Position numbers and translations under genes: made by a program. Below the pieces are notes generated by a model. That model was not told the origin of the DNA. It searched no databases and was given only the letters and a program-made list of their open reading frames with translations. Shown here in pieces: positions 26,198 to 38,989 of a stretch of DNA of 64,000 nt. Source of the DNA: Azolla caroliniana (Eukaryota > Plantae > Polypodiophyta); the NCBI GenBank assembly GCA_043228905.1, contig JBHGNT010000008.1, positions 1,798,001 through 1,862,000 of the forward strand, read 5' to 3'. Position 1 is the first letter of the stretch. Each line of letters opens with the position of its first letter.

Positions 26198-27499
26198 ATT
26201 GAGATTAAATTCATCCTAAGACCTAACATTGTCATTGTAGGCTTTGACGCACTTAATAACTACTTCCACCCACATAACTAGAAATAGGGTGCATGACAAT
26301 TTGGTCCTGCATCACTACCACAGTAAGGAGGTATAACACCAACCAAGAATAAGATGTGCCCTCGATGCTACACAAATATCACAACCCATGCCTGATTGGC
26401 ATCTCCCAAGTCAAGAATCAACCATTGTAAATTGTGCAACACCCGTTATGGTTCTACTAGCTTATGAAAGGAGTACATAGGCTTCCTACTAAGTGCTTCA
26501 AAGAAAAATCAAGCATCCTTTGAAACCTTATGCTCAGAGTTTCCGTTTTCTACAACATTATTATGAATTATATTGATGGGAACCAATTTCTCATTATGTT
26601 CTATTTTCATGTTGACATACTATGGAGTACATGCATCGAGGACAATTAGAGTCTAGGTGCATGTTCTATTTTCAAAAAGGTCATCGCTATGAGGAATGTA
26701 AAGACGTTGACCCTTCAAATACTCTAGGAAGGGTAACTATTTTCTAATGTGTAAATGGTTGACATATAACTAGTAAACCATATCCTATAAGAGAGAGAAG
26801 TCAATGGATGCCATAAAAGCATGTGCCAGCAAAATAGTGCCTAAGATCATCGGTGCTCATTTTAAATATGCCGAATGTCTAAGGGATCACCACTTTACAC
26901 TAGGCTCAAAGTCATAATGTACCCAATGAATATATCTTTGTTATAATTTCAAAGCTTGATATCATAAAATGTCTTCGCTAACATTGTCGCGTGAGATATC
27001 ATTAAAGAGATGTCATTACCCCAGAATATTGCTACAACTTGCACAAGGCATGATTATCTTGTCATACCTCAAAGGGTTACAAGCACTCTTATGACCATTG
27101 GCAATGTCATCAATAACCCCGCGACACTCAAAAAGTATATTGCAATAAGGATCATGCAACCTTTTTATATTGGTATGCTCATTAGATTGCATTAGAGGTG
27201 CCATCTTTGTATATTGATGAACCACCATTTTCAAGATTGAATCTAAACACAATGTGGAAAATGCCATGCCCTAGTTCATAACCATATGTGTTGAGAAGGT
27301 ATGATGATGTATTCTACCTTCTCGCTTGGTTATCTCTTCAAAGTCGCCACTAATCCATTGACAAGTACACATTCATTTTAAAAATCGAGATTTCTCAAGG
27401 ATTAGGTATGTTATGATCTTTTGAAGGTTCCCTACATGGATCTCAAAGTTAATTTCCATTGCAAAGAACCCCAAAATTGAAAAACCATAGGACATGATT

Positions 27500-27990
27500 G
27501 ATTATCTTTAACAACCTAGAACATGAAAACTTGGTTGACCCGCCAACTTCCAAAACAGGTTTGCAATGTTGATAACGATTTATTAGAGCCTTCAAGAGGT
27601 TTCTTTTGATTCCATGATAAAATATTCTTTCAATATAAAACTAACAAGCACGAAAACCAAGGATAGCATAGCCTTCCACGAAGACGCTATATAGATTTCA
27701 ATATAATAACAATCATTCACTCATTTGGGTATCCACTACTCTTGATAATATTTGAGCCCCATGGAAACATCATCTTTGCTACATACTAGAATCCCAACTT
27801 TTGATCAAGAGAAAATTTGGTTCTTTAATGCTGCATATGCCATTGATACAGCTCCTTAGCTCTCGGAAATATGCTCAATCTCAGTCTCACCATTCTCATT
27901 TTCAAATTTGAGTGGATGGTCATGCCCATAGTTTTACAAAATAACTTATCATGTGGTTGAGATCCTCTTTTAGGTCTTGCTAATCATAAA
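27500..27990 (-). pseudogene. Possible LINE ORF2 C-terminal relic
   Basis: Degenerate ETEIEHI..AKELYQW resembling the zinc-binding region of plant L1 ORF2; heavily decayed. Confidence 0.3.
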
Positions 27991-28310
27991 TCCATCTTTT
28001 ACAACATGATCTTTGTATACAAAAAGAACAAATGATATCATCTTAAAACAAAATCATACAGATAATCAATCACAAGGACACTCTTTACACGGAATAACGA
28101 ACAATATTATATTAGAATGAAATGATGAGGATCATTATGAGAAAGTATATGAGGAGATTGAAGTGAATCCTCTGGATATGTCAATCCTTATTGTTATATA
28201 CAAAGAGAGGACACTCTTTATTGCATTTCAAATCTATTGTGCACACCAATTGAAAAGAAACTTAGCATAGTACATAGGACGCTTAACATAAAAGATTAGT
28301 TTGTAGCCCC

Positions 28311-29280
28311 TTAGCATCGGCAAGGATTGCATGAGCAGTTGCTTGCACAGCTGCACCCATGTTGGCTCGTGACCTGAGCATCGGATTCACATCCACAAGA
28401 GCTTCCACACCCGCAGTTAGATCCACACCCACAAGACTCACCGGAGACGGTCACCTCCACCTCCACCTCCATCCTGTTTCATTCATGTTTTCTTAAAAAT
28501 CTTCGAACTTTTGGCAAAATAATCTTTTACATACATACATGCATATAAAATGTGTTTGTTGCTTATGTTACATTAAGTATGAAGACATGGCTACAATGAT
28601 GACTGTCCCATATTGGTCTCGCCATCACATCATGGATACAGAATACATGGCTACAATGTTGTCCCATATAGACCTAACCATCACATCAACATACACATAC
28701 ATACATACATACATACATACATACATACATACATACATACATACATACATAAATACAGAAGGCATGGCTCTTACAACATTGCTCATTCATTACATGGAAA
28801 CTATGTAATCAATGGATGCATCTTTTATGTGGTAGAAACATAAGGATGTAAAATAAAAGCAAAAGAGGAAGCGAAAAGGAGCAATTTTTTTTTTAAGCCT
28901 CATCCATGATTTTTGCATATATGAATACATTTTCCATCTGGCAGAAATAGTAGGATGTTAAAAACAAATGTCAATGGAAAATAAGGACAAAAGGGATGGA
29001 ATCCTTACGCAAGGAATCAGGAATATGGAAGCCTTTTCATGTGGCAAATCCAACAAGATGTTAAATAAAAGGCATTTAAGGCAAAAAGCAAAAGCTTTGG
29101 AAACCTTTTTTCCAAATCAATTGTAAAAAAGCAACTAAAAAGCATAACAAAAAAAAAATTAACAACAAAAGTGATCATGGAACCATTTTCATGTGGCAAT
29201 AGGAAGCAAAATTTAACAGGGGGAAGTCAGGTGAAGAAGCTCTGACATCACCTGGATACACTATCACAGCTAGAAGACAT
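28311..29280 (-). CDS. MT: Metallothionein, 63 aa; exons 29252-29280 and 28311-28473
   Basis: MSSSCDSVSRMEVEVEVTVSGESCGCGSNCGCGSSCGCESDAQVTSQHGCSCASNCSCNPCRC*; two CxCxxxCxCxxCxC-type clusters; phase-2 GT..AG intron 28474-29251; CCACCATG start context; upstream TATA. Confidence 0.9.
28689..28750. repeat. (ATAC)n microsatellite in the MT intron
   Basis: Direct reading; shorter versions at 52078-52103 and 52256-52301. Confidence 0.95.
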
Positions 29281-29452
29281 GGTGGTATTGCTTTGTTTCT
29301 GATTAGAAATGTATGAGTTTGTTTTGATTGAAAGGAGGGATATGGATGTGTCTTAGATATATATGTGGGTCTTTTTGCTCTGTTCGTGTCTGTGTCTCTG
29401 TTTTTGTCTTTGGTAAATGATAATGGAGACCTTGGTGCTACCTTTTGGTGCC

Positions 29453-29484
29453 TATTTATAGCACTACATTAGGCCCAAGCCCAT
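29453..29484 (-). promoter_or_regulatory. MT copy 1 core promoter: TATAAATA plus TGGGCY site-II-like motifs
   Basis: TATAAATA at 29453-29460 (minus strand), ~170 nt before the ATG; conserved in copy 2. Confidence 0.7.
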
Positions 29485-31425
29485 AACCTATTTTTCTTCT
29501 TCTTTTGAAATTTATTTATTGCTATAATTAAATGTTTTGATTCTCATCCCTTATCTCATTCTTCATTCCTTTGGGATGATACTCCACCATCTCGGGGTCT
29601 TCGGGGGAGAGATCATGGAGGTCCTACCCTACCTAGGGTTTGCTCGTCTATCCCCACACATACATTATTGATTGGTGATGGAAAGATTCGGTATTGATTC
29701 CATGAAAACAAACGGTATTGAATTCTTCATTAAGATATAAAGACTTTACTCATCACCCTCACGTATCGATTCAGTAACATGATATCATATCAGAGTTTAT
29801 TTGTCATTCTCGGTTATTGGTTTCCACTTAATTGTATCAACACAACTTTTACCAATGCCTTCAAATGCCGATTTGATTATAATAGATAAGCTTTCTTTGG
29901 TACCCTTACACATCGATTCAGTAACATGATTCAAATGTCAAAATCAAACGTATGGAATCAACGAAATAAAAAACCCCCAAAAAAGGACAAACGTGACATA
30001 GTCTAGAACCCATTATGATGAATAGGAATATATTATGACATTGTGAAATTTATCATTCATCCGAAATTGATGATGTTATAGCTGTGAGGACTTCTAAGAC
30101 CAATCAAACAGACGTGGTAATCACTCCCATTAGAGTGGTTGGAAGTGGGGAATGGGAACATTGTTCGAACACAATGATAAAAAGGTTATTTTATGTCTAG
30201 AGCTCATTCTTTAGAGCGTCTCCCTCACGAATGTATTTTTTTAATGTGATATTATCAAGTTTGTGCGTGACAAACACACTCCATCGAGTGGTACCCACTC
30301 CTTGAGTACTATAAATTAGCACGTGTAAGCTTATTGTCACAACTACCAAATCAATTGGCCCACATCCTTGAATATGGACGATTTTCTTGTTTGGTTAGTG
30401 CGTGTTCTTGATTGAGAGCATAATTATGTAATGAAAATATTCCCTTACTATAGCTATAGGATTTGCCAACCTTATCATTTTAGCTTCATCCACACATAAC
30501 ATGTTCCACTTTTAGATTCATTTAGTATCACATGATCAACCACCTATATAGAATTTGCTAAATTATTAATATGTAACAAGTCTCTAAATAAAGAACATGT
30601 AGTTTTCAGGAAAATATTTAAAGTCGATGATCTCCGCTTCCGCAATGTATTTAAATTTAAGAATATCACATTGGCGGTCTCATTTGACACAAGTTGATGA
30701 TTTGGAACAATATTATTAAATTGGAATTTGTTTTTGTAAGCTGAATTGTGTAAGTTTATTTATCTCGTAGAGGTGTATATGCCAGAGGAGGAAGTGATAT
30801 TCACATATTAGTGATTACAATTGATTCAAATCAATCCATAATGTATCTTGTAGGATATAATACCAAAGGTATATGTTTGTGAGAACCCAAGAAAATTATA
30901 CATATAAGTACTGGTAAATATTCGTTTTGGTTGTGTTTATTATAAAATAGATACACTCAAACACATATCACGACTATTCGGCCATAAACATGCTAAATAA
31001 TTGGGAGCCAAAATAGAGACAACATTCAATTGTCAACAGTGAATAAGAAACATGTATAAGAAGAGACACCCATAAACCCCGAAGCAAAAGGACACACCTA
31101 AACATACCAAGGAGTACTCATGATATTTGGGGAACACCCATAAATTGCTATAAATACCAAGGAATGAGAACACCTACAACCATGGATCATTAATTGGAAA
31201 CTCTGAATGGACACATGACTATTAATGTATATTTCAATTCAACGAGTGGCAATATTTCAAAACAAGAGAGACACTAAAATTGTAAAGTTTTAATTGTCTA
31301 TAAAAGTATTGTTTAATTCCAAATGTGATTGACAGTACACGAAACGGGTTTAGGGACTATAAACCCAATTGGTGGATAAATAGGAAGTAATGTTTCATTG
31401 ATGAATATGGAATAAATTTTTAGCA

Positions 31426-31700
31426 GATGCATATAGATTAATGCTCTAATGAATAATATCACTCATGTGCAAATAATAATTAGATCGTGCTACAAAGATA
31501 AAGCATATATACAAACAATTCGAACATTATACATTGTATAAAACAAATAAATGTTTCAATGGATGTAGATAGATTAATGCTATAAAGAACAAATATAGAC
31601 CAAAACATAATTTACAATACTAAGATCGTGCAACAAAAAAAAGCACATCAACCAAATAATTCAAACATTAAACACCGTATATTACAAATAATTGGAACAT
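31426..31700. repeat. ~136-bp imperfect tandem repeat, 2 copies
   Basis: GATG..ATAGATTAATGCT and AGATCGTGC recur with ~136-141 nt spacing. Confidence 0.7.
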
Positions 31701-31940
31701 TACAACAACATCTATACCTGGACCTCATTGATAAGATCGAACCTTTAAAAAAAGTAAATATTTCATTAAAAGCAAAACGTTTGTGACAACTACATCAATT
31801 GTATCGAGATAAAAATAGTTTACATAGCTATGAGGGTATTTACATCATTGTCTTCGTCTTCCTTAGAGAATGATTCACATAACAATTCAACAATGTAAGT
31901 TGTTTCATCAAGCAATTGGGAGAATGAATTGAAAACATAC

Positions 31941-32049
31941 CCGTGCCATAAAACAAATCTAATATCCAATGATTTTCATTAGAGAACATTTCCACCAGGC
32001 GCAACATCAAACGTTGAGGCTTCTCATAGGGATTGACAAGTCCCACGCA
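31941..32049 (-). pseudogene. Exon-like fragment of an N4-cytosine/N6-adenine DNA methyltransferase (motifs X and I)
   Basis: LVNPYEKPQRLMLRLVEMFSNENHWILDLFYGTG resembles the N6_N4_Mtase pattern HP..KP..L..RLI...S..GD.VLDPFxGxG; similarity stops at a GTATGT donor. Confidence 0.65.
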
Positions 32050-32109
32050 TAGTCATTGCTCACTCATAGTTGGTCATATCTCTATCTGCAAGGGTTACCC
32101 CTCCTACTA

Positions 32110-32845
32110 CTATAATTTGATTAACTCATTCAGTTTGTCCATCAGATTGAGGATGATCGACAGAACTCATGCTAAACGTAGTTTCTAGTTTCTTAAAGAC
32201 CTGAGTCCAAAAGTCATTAGTAAACTTGGAAGCTCGATCACTAACAATATCCATCGGTAATCCATAAAAAATGAAATAACTCATCAACAAATTGATAAGC
32301 CAATTGTTGAGTGGTTACCATGGTTTTGTTAGTCAATCAACGACGACCCAAATGGCATCTTGACCCCTCTGTGTACAAGGAAAACTAACAATAAAATCGA
32401 TCGAGATACTTTCCCATTTGTTGTTCGGAATTCTGACTTATTAATCTTACATTGTAAGCATTGAGTCATGTATTTATGCACGTCAGAGCGCATCTTAGGA
32501 CAGAAAAAATACTCAATATGAGAACGCGTGTGCGTTGTATTCCAAGATGATCAACAGATGGTGCATCATGACATTCATATAGAATTTTCTATTTCACGTT
32601 TGCTAAATCTAGAACATGGACCTTTCCACTATGGTAGAGCAAACCATTTGTAATGTGAAAGGTTGTCTTCGAGGGTAGCGTGCTAGTAACGGTATCTAAA
32701 CCAGATTCAGGTTTCGTCTAGTATTTCGAGAAATAACTGTCATCAAGGTATTTCCCTCGAAGGTGATCTAAAAGATAAGATTTTATTTCCGTGAAGCTAA
32801 GCATGTTAACTTATTTAATGCGACTAAGAGCATCCGCAACGGTTT
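32110..32845 (-). mobile_element. Ty3/gypsy relic D: RNase H end and integrase
   Basis: VADALSR; WESISIDFIVSFP; GLPMDIVSDRASKFT..FW; HPQSDGQTE. Confidence 0.85.
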
Positions 32846-32853
32846 AGGGTTTA

Positions 32854-35281
32854 TGCCGTGAAATCGCCTCAGAAGTACTCCTTGCCACCATCTGATCGAA
32901 GGCATCGTACATGACGACCAGTGGCTTTTTTGACTTCGTTTTTAAACCTTTGGAAGTGTCCGAACACTTCACTCTTTTGTCACATTGGATAGAGCCACGT
33001 GTGCCTGGAGAAGTCGTTAATGAAGAGCACGTAATATCGGCATCCGCCGAATGTAGCCGTCTGCGTCGGTCCCCATACGTCGGAATGGACTACGTCGAGT
33101 AGACCTTTGCTCACGTTCCGCTCTTTCGGGAATGGGTGTCGATGTTGCTTGCCGAATTGGCATGCTTCGCATACACCTTCAATCTCCTTCTCTTTGAATG
33201 TTGGGAGTCCGATGACGACTCCTTTCGATTTCATTGCTTTGAGTTTGTTGAGATTGATATGGCCGATTCGCTTGTGCCATAGCTCTATGTTAGAGTTATC
33301 TTTCGTGCTTTTTGCGAACATGGCGGATTTCATCTCGTGTGAATCAAGAATGAACATCTGGCCTTCTCTTCTTCTGTGTGTGATGATTCGGCTCTCTTTT
33401 TCGATGAAGCACCCTTCTTGGTCGAATCGTACTTGCATCCCTTGCTCAACCATTTGGCCGACCGAGACCAAATTCTTCGTGATGGTGGGAACATGCAAGA
33501 CATTTTTAATGTATGTTTGTTTACCTCTTTCGCCGAATGGAACATTGCCGATGTGCCGAATCGGGTGCATAGTGTCATCTCCGGTTTCGACATAACCGGG
33601 TCACTCCGGCTCTCGAAGTTCAAGAAACCATTCTTTATGAGATGTCATATGGTTTGAGGCTCCGGAGTCAACAAACCATACGTCCTCCGGATTGAGGGCA
33701 CTATTTGAGGTAGAGGCCGACATAGAGTTTGCTCTATGTATCATCATGAACATTCCGCCACAGTCGCAGTTGTGTGCATACATTCCGCCACGATCTTCAT
33801 AGTCAGACCTGTGCTCATACATTCCGCTATACTCTTCGTAGTCAGAAGTGTGTGCGTAATTCATGAGTTGTCAGCTTGTGGAAGCCGATTCGTGCATCTT
33901 CTTTCGACACTCTTCTTCGTGGTGGCCGAGCTTTCCGCAATATCCGCATTCAGTTGCGTTTTGATGGCTCGGGCCGGAGTGGAAGCTCCCCCTTCTTGTG
34001 AAGGTTCCTCATTGGCTTCCGTTTTGCGGCCGAAATTGGGAGTTGTTGTCATAGGTCAGACCTCATCCGCCTTGTCCTTGGCCGAATCAGCCTCTCCCTC
34101 GTCCGCGTCCTCTTCCTCCATTCGAATGTGTGTAGAGCATATGGCCTTCCGACTCATTGCTCCTTGTACGCATGTGGTTTTCTTAGACCAATAGCGTTGA
34201 TTGGAGCTCGAAGAAGGAGGGAGATTTCTCCCTTGCTAGAACGGCGGTTCGCATCGCGCCGAACCGTGGTGCGAGGCCGCCGAGGCATATTTGCACCATC
34301 TCATCATCATAGATATTTATGCTTATCGAACCGAGCGAGTCGCAAAGCTTCTTGATCTTCAAGGTGTATGTTGTGATGGACATGTCCCTTTGTTGAATGT
34401 TGTTCAACTCTTGGCGGAGTTGAAGCCTTCTTGCAGTTGTGTTCGCTGCAAAAATCTTTCGTAGATTTTCCCATGCCTCCTTCGGCGTCTTGGCTTCGCG
34501 AATGTAGCCGAGCATGTGATCATGAACACATTTCGCCAAGGAATACATCACGCGGCTTGCGGCTTGCTCCCATGTCGCGTATCCGGGAGCCGTTTCGACG
34601 GGTTGGTCTTCGTGCGCTCCTTTGATGTAGCTCCAATAACCTTGTCCGACAAGGTATTGGTGCATCTTGTACTCCCAGGATGCGAAGTTGTTTCGATCCA
34701 ACTTCTTGGTAGGGAGAGCGCTCCCCATTTGAGTATTCATTATGTCGATTCTTCTTCTTCTTCTTCTTCTCTCTTCAAATGCGAGCTATGTAGCGAAGCT
34801 ATGATAGCGATGGGCCGGTCCTTGGTCGTCGGCGTAGGACACAACGCACGCGGGTGGGCTAGATTGAGCTACCAAGTCGCTCTGATACCATGTAAAGAAT
34901 CAAGAGATGGATTTTCTACAGCGGAATAGATATGAATTGTGTGTGTGTATGAGAGAGAGTGTGTGAGTGAGAGAGACAAGGAGTAAGACATAGAGAATAC
35001 GCAAGGTAAAGTATATTAACAAAGGAGAAAGACTCGACATTATATAAGGTGGGAGGAGGTTGCTTTATATAGTCACCCTCTCTCTTCATTAACTACAAGA
35101 CTCATGGAGCATGGGGAATGTGAAAGCTCATAAGTTATGTGTCATAGAATATGATTCTATGACTCATACTAAATGCTAGAATACAAAGTGGTGACATAAT
35201 GGTGACTCTTGACTGTTGGAGTGTCTATTCACTCTCAAGGTGAGTTCACACACTAGGCCAAGTAGAGCTTGATTCTCAACA
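32854..35281 (-). mobile_element. Ty1/copia element E (5' LTR 34891-35281, PBS, gag, protease, integrase start), 3'-deleted
   Basis: PBS TGGTATCAGAGC 34879-34890; MHQYLVGQGYWSY gag; WFVDSGASNHMT; LWHKRIGH..CEAC; HSDVWGP; LTR starts TGTTGAGAATCAAGCTC like copia C. Confidence 0.9.
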
Positions 35282-35745
35282 ATTCTCCATGAACCTTCCT
35301 TCTTCTTAACTGATAGAATTGGTGCAACCCAAGGTGATTTACTATACCTAATGTGGCCCGTACTCAAGTATTCCTTAAGTTGTTTAGCAATCTTATCCTC
35401 TTCTAATCGACTAAGTCAATAAGGTGGAATGCTCACAAGAGCAACACCAGTGATGAGTTCAATCTAATGCTCCACATTATGTTTTGGTCGTAAAGTAAGC
35501 TGCAATTTGTTAGAAAACACATCTTGAAAATCGTCTAAAATAGAGTCGAGTAATTGTCGTTCATAATATGGTACTTGTGTAGCGTCAATGTTAAAATAAT
35601 AAAATTGAAGCACGGGATCAATTACACATGAATAAATTGATGAACTAGAATACTCACTTAAAGATTTATAAGACACAAATGAACAAGAAGGAAGTTTGGA
35701 ACATTGAATAAAATGTTTAGAATTATCAAGTTCAAATGTGATTAA
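35282..35745 (-). mobile_element. Gypsy relic D: protease-RT linker and RT N-terminus
   Basis: LDDFQDVF..VEH; GHIRYSKSPWVAPILSVKKKEGSWR. Confidence 0.85.
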
Positions 35746-35860
35746 AACACGTTCTCTTTCACAAGTGGAAGGATAAGGAATATTTTGTTTGATTTTGGGG
35801 CTTTTTTTGCCATTTCATAAAACACCTTGATACTAGTATCACATGTTCTCAAAAACTTGA
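35745..35860 (+). repeat. DNA transposon terminal repeat (partner at 47633), TA/TTAA target
   Basis: TTAA AACACGTTC..TTCACAA.TGGAAGGAT, plus CTTGATAC.A.TATCACATGTT ~80 nt inside, present at both sites. Confidence 0.7.
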
Positions 35861-38576
35861 TGAAAAAGTTCAAAACTTCACCATTTGGTAAAATTGAAAA
35901 ATGCCAAATTTTAGTCAAATATGAAAAGTAATTTAGTGTATTTTTAAGGAAAAATGACAACTACAATAGACATTTGGTTACGTGCGCACTTTGAACGCAA
36001 GGACGAAGTACGCACTTAACCAAGCTGCGCACTTAGGGCTTTTTAAGTCAAAAACAATTCCCCCATTTTTTTCATCTCTTCTCTTTAGCACAAAGCACAA
36101 CCCAACCAACCATCACAGAGACCCTCTCTTCTTCTGTAATCTCCAATCCACGTTCTTGCTCCTAAATTTGTCATTAGGTATGTATTTTCTTTCCTATCTA
36201 TTTTTTGTGTCTCTTTCCTATGAATGAATATGACATAAGGAAGAGGAGAGCTTCTAAATTTGTGCACAATTTAGATGGTAATGTGTTAATTATTTAGAAA
36301 TTGTGCGCAATTTCTTTAGTTCGATATCCACATATTTTGTTGTGGCTGATATGGCATGTGGTTTAGGAGAAATAATCCACATATTGGGCTGAAATAGGGT
36401 AAGAAAAATATCTATAAGTAGGATTTTGAATCCACAAAATTTGATTGATGGCTGAAATAGAGTAAGAAAAATATCCATAAGTAGACATTCGTTTGGAAGA
36501 TGTCCCTAAGCTATTAATCGATTAATCTATTAATAGCTTTCCCTTCATGTTAGTCCACATAATAAGCTATTAATCGATTAATGGCTTATTAGCTTTCTCT
36601 TCATAGACCCATGCCCAACCTATTTAATTGTAGCATTGGAACATGTAAGTTCAATTCATTTTGTGGTTCATAACATTATTTTTTCTCCAAAGCAAAGTTT
36701 CAACGAAATTAGGTCAAGATTGTATCCACATCCTAACATGTGTGCCTCCTTGATGGATAATACTCCAACTTAATTGGAGAAGACCCAATTCATTCATCTA
36801 TGAATTTTCAATTATTTGTGACTTAAAAAAGGTTGTATGCACTAAATGTCAAAGAGTTTAAACCTTCAAAAGGTTTTGAAACTCTAAACTTGATTGGTAG
36901 GGAACGAAATATTGAGGTGAATTTAGATAATTAGCATTGCATATTACAGAGATGAATTTAACCCATAAGCGAGGTGTTGGACTTCGTTTGAATGAGGAAC
37001 AAAGGCTACAGATTTTGGATTTAGTGGAACAACCATCGTCTCCTTCTCTTCGTAACATAGGTAGACAATTTGGTGTAAGTGAATCCGCTATTAGAAGTTT
37101 AATCAAGAAGAAAGATGAGATATGATTGCGTGCTAAACCAAAAGATCACAATGCAAGAAAAAAAACTTTTAGAGGATCAAAAGGAAAATATCCTGAATTA
37201 GAGGAACGCTTGTATTCTTGGATTGATGTATCTCATCGATTGTCAATTGCATTGCCTCCATCCGTTATTATGGAGAAGGCTCGACGATTGGCGTCAAAAA
37301 TGAATATTTCTGATGATGACTTCAAAGCAGCTTGGGGCTGGTTTAGGAAATTTCTTCATTGTCAATGTTTGAATACTATTAATTTATATGGGGAAGGAGG
37401 GGCAGCTGATAGAAATGACCCTAAATTGTTGGCTTCTTTGGAAAGGCTTTATGCTATATTCAATGAGTATGATCCTAACAATGTTTACAATATGGATGAA
37501 ATTGGTTTCTTTTTTCGATTAGCTCCAAGATATAAAGTGCTTTTACCTAGTGAAGATCCAACAACAATTCGAGGTAAGAAAAAATTGTTAGATATAGTTA
37601 CCTTAGTTGTTTGTTGTAATGCAACTGTAATTGAAAAAGTTCCAATTACTATGATTGGAAAGGCTAAGGAACCTGTTTGTATTGTTGGAAATTCATGGCC
37701 ATTACCTTATGTAGCGCAAAGAAATGCTTGGATTGATATCCCTTGCTTTGATCAAGTGGTTGTACCATTTGTTCGTTCTCGAACTAATCGCAAAGTGCTT
37801 TTAATCCTTGATAATGCAGCTACTCATGTCGAAGCATTTGAGCGTGATGCTATCAAAGTGATTTTTTCCCCGACAAATGTCACATCTTGGAAGCAACCAC
37901 TGGATATGGGAATCTTTCTTTGCTTGGATTGATATCCCTTGCTTTAATAAGTGGTTTGATCAAGTGTTTGTACCATTAGTTCGTTCTCGAACTAATCGCA
38001 AAGTGCTTTTAATCCTTGATAATGCACCTGCTCATGCCGAAGCATTTGAGCGTGATGCTATCAAAGTGATTTTTTCCCCGGCAAATGTCACATCTTGGAA
38101 GCAACCGATGGATATGGGAATCATTGCAGCTTTGAAAAAGAGGTATAAATATCATTTGCTAAGAGAAATCTTGGCATATCATGATAGTCCAGATTATGTT
38201 AAGATTTGTTTGGAAGATGTTGCTAAACGTATGAGAAGAGGCTCTATTGGTTTAGCTTTTGGAAAGTTGCCACATTTGCTAGATGTTGCGAATCTCATTG
38301 TTACTGTGTGGAATGAGATCAAGTAGGAGACAATTTTAATTGCTATAGAAAAGCAAATACTATTACATCATTTCGTGCTAATCATGTTGATTTAGAAGAC
38401 GGTGAAATGGAAGATCAATGCATTGATGATCTTGTTGCTTTGCTATGTAATTGCAATTTGCTTGAAAATGCACCTGTAGAAGAAATTCGAGATGAGATCA
38501 TGGAATGTGTAAATGCAAATTCAAATGAATCAGAAAAACTTAATCAAAATCTCCTTGAAGAGATTGATGAAGTTAT

Positions 38577-38989
38577 TGTCACAAAATGTCAATATCGATT
38601 TGAAGTTGTAACCTATAGACAAGGGTCTCACACTCTAACCAATACACCAACTAACTTTAATTAATAAATATATTTTCATATTATTATTATTCAAGTATTA
38701 TGGGCACAAGACACAATAGATGATGGCCAAATGGCATGCATGGATATACATCAAGTGGCACACAACATGTATGCCAAATAGCCATCATGCACAATCCTAC
38801 GTACACTATATAAGTGGAAGATTTGCTTAGTGTTGAACCATTCCGGTTCAACACCAGTCTTCAGCAACCTTCTAAACTTGGTTTCCAGCAATAGAAACTC
38901 TTGTCTTCTTGTCTTGTAAGTGTCTTCTCATTTGTTATTATCTTCTTTTCTTCCAAATCAACATTGTCTTCATAGCTTGGGTCGTGACA
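38577..38989 (+). repeat. 5' LTR of chromovirus
   Basis: TGTCA...TGACA; repeat of 44094-44502. Confidence 0.93.

Larger units (their letters stand above)
24172..30497 (+). repeat. Segmental duplication, copy 1 (~6.3 kb; partner 47701-54013)
   Basis: Collinear similarity from ATTTTAGGT.GTTTTCAGAAACTTGATAC to TAGCTTCAT.CACACAT, covering the gag relic, 83-bp repeats and MT gene. Confidence 0.95.

Noticed and set aside
28539-28843. YIHT-repeat ORFs
   Set aside because: Translation of the (ATAC)n microsatellite in the MT intron.
29500-30497. GTAC copper-response-like cores upstream of the MT genes
   Set aside because: Only a few 4-mers, close to chance expectation.
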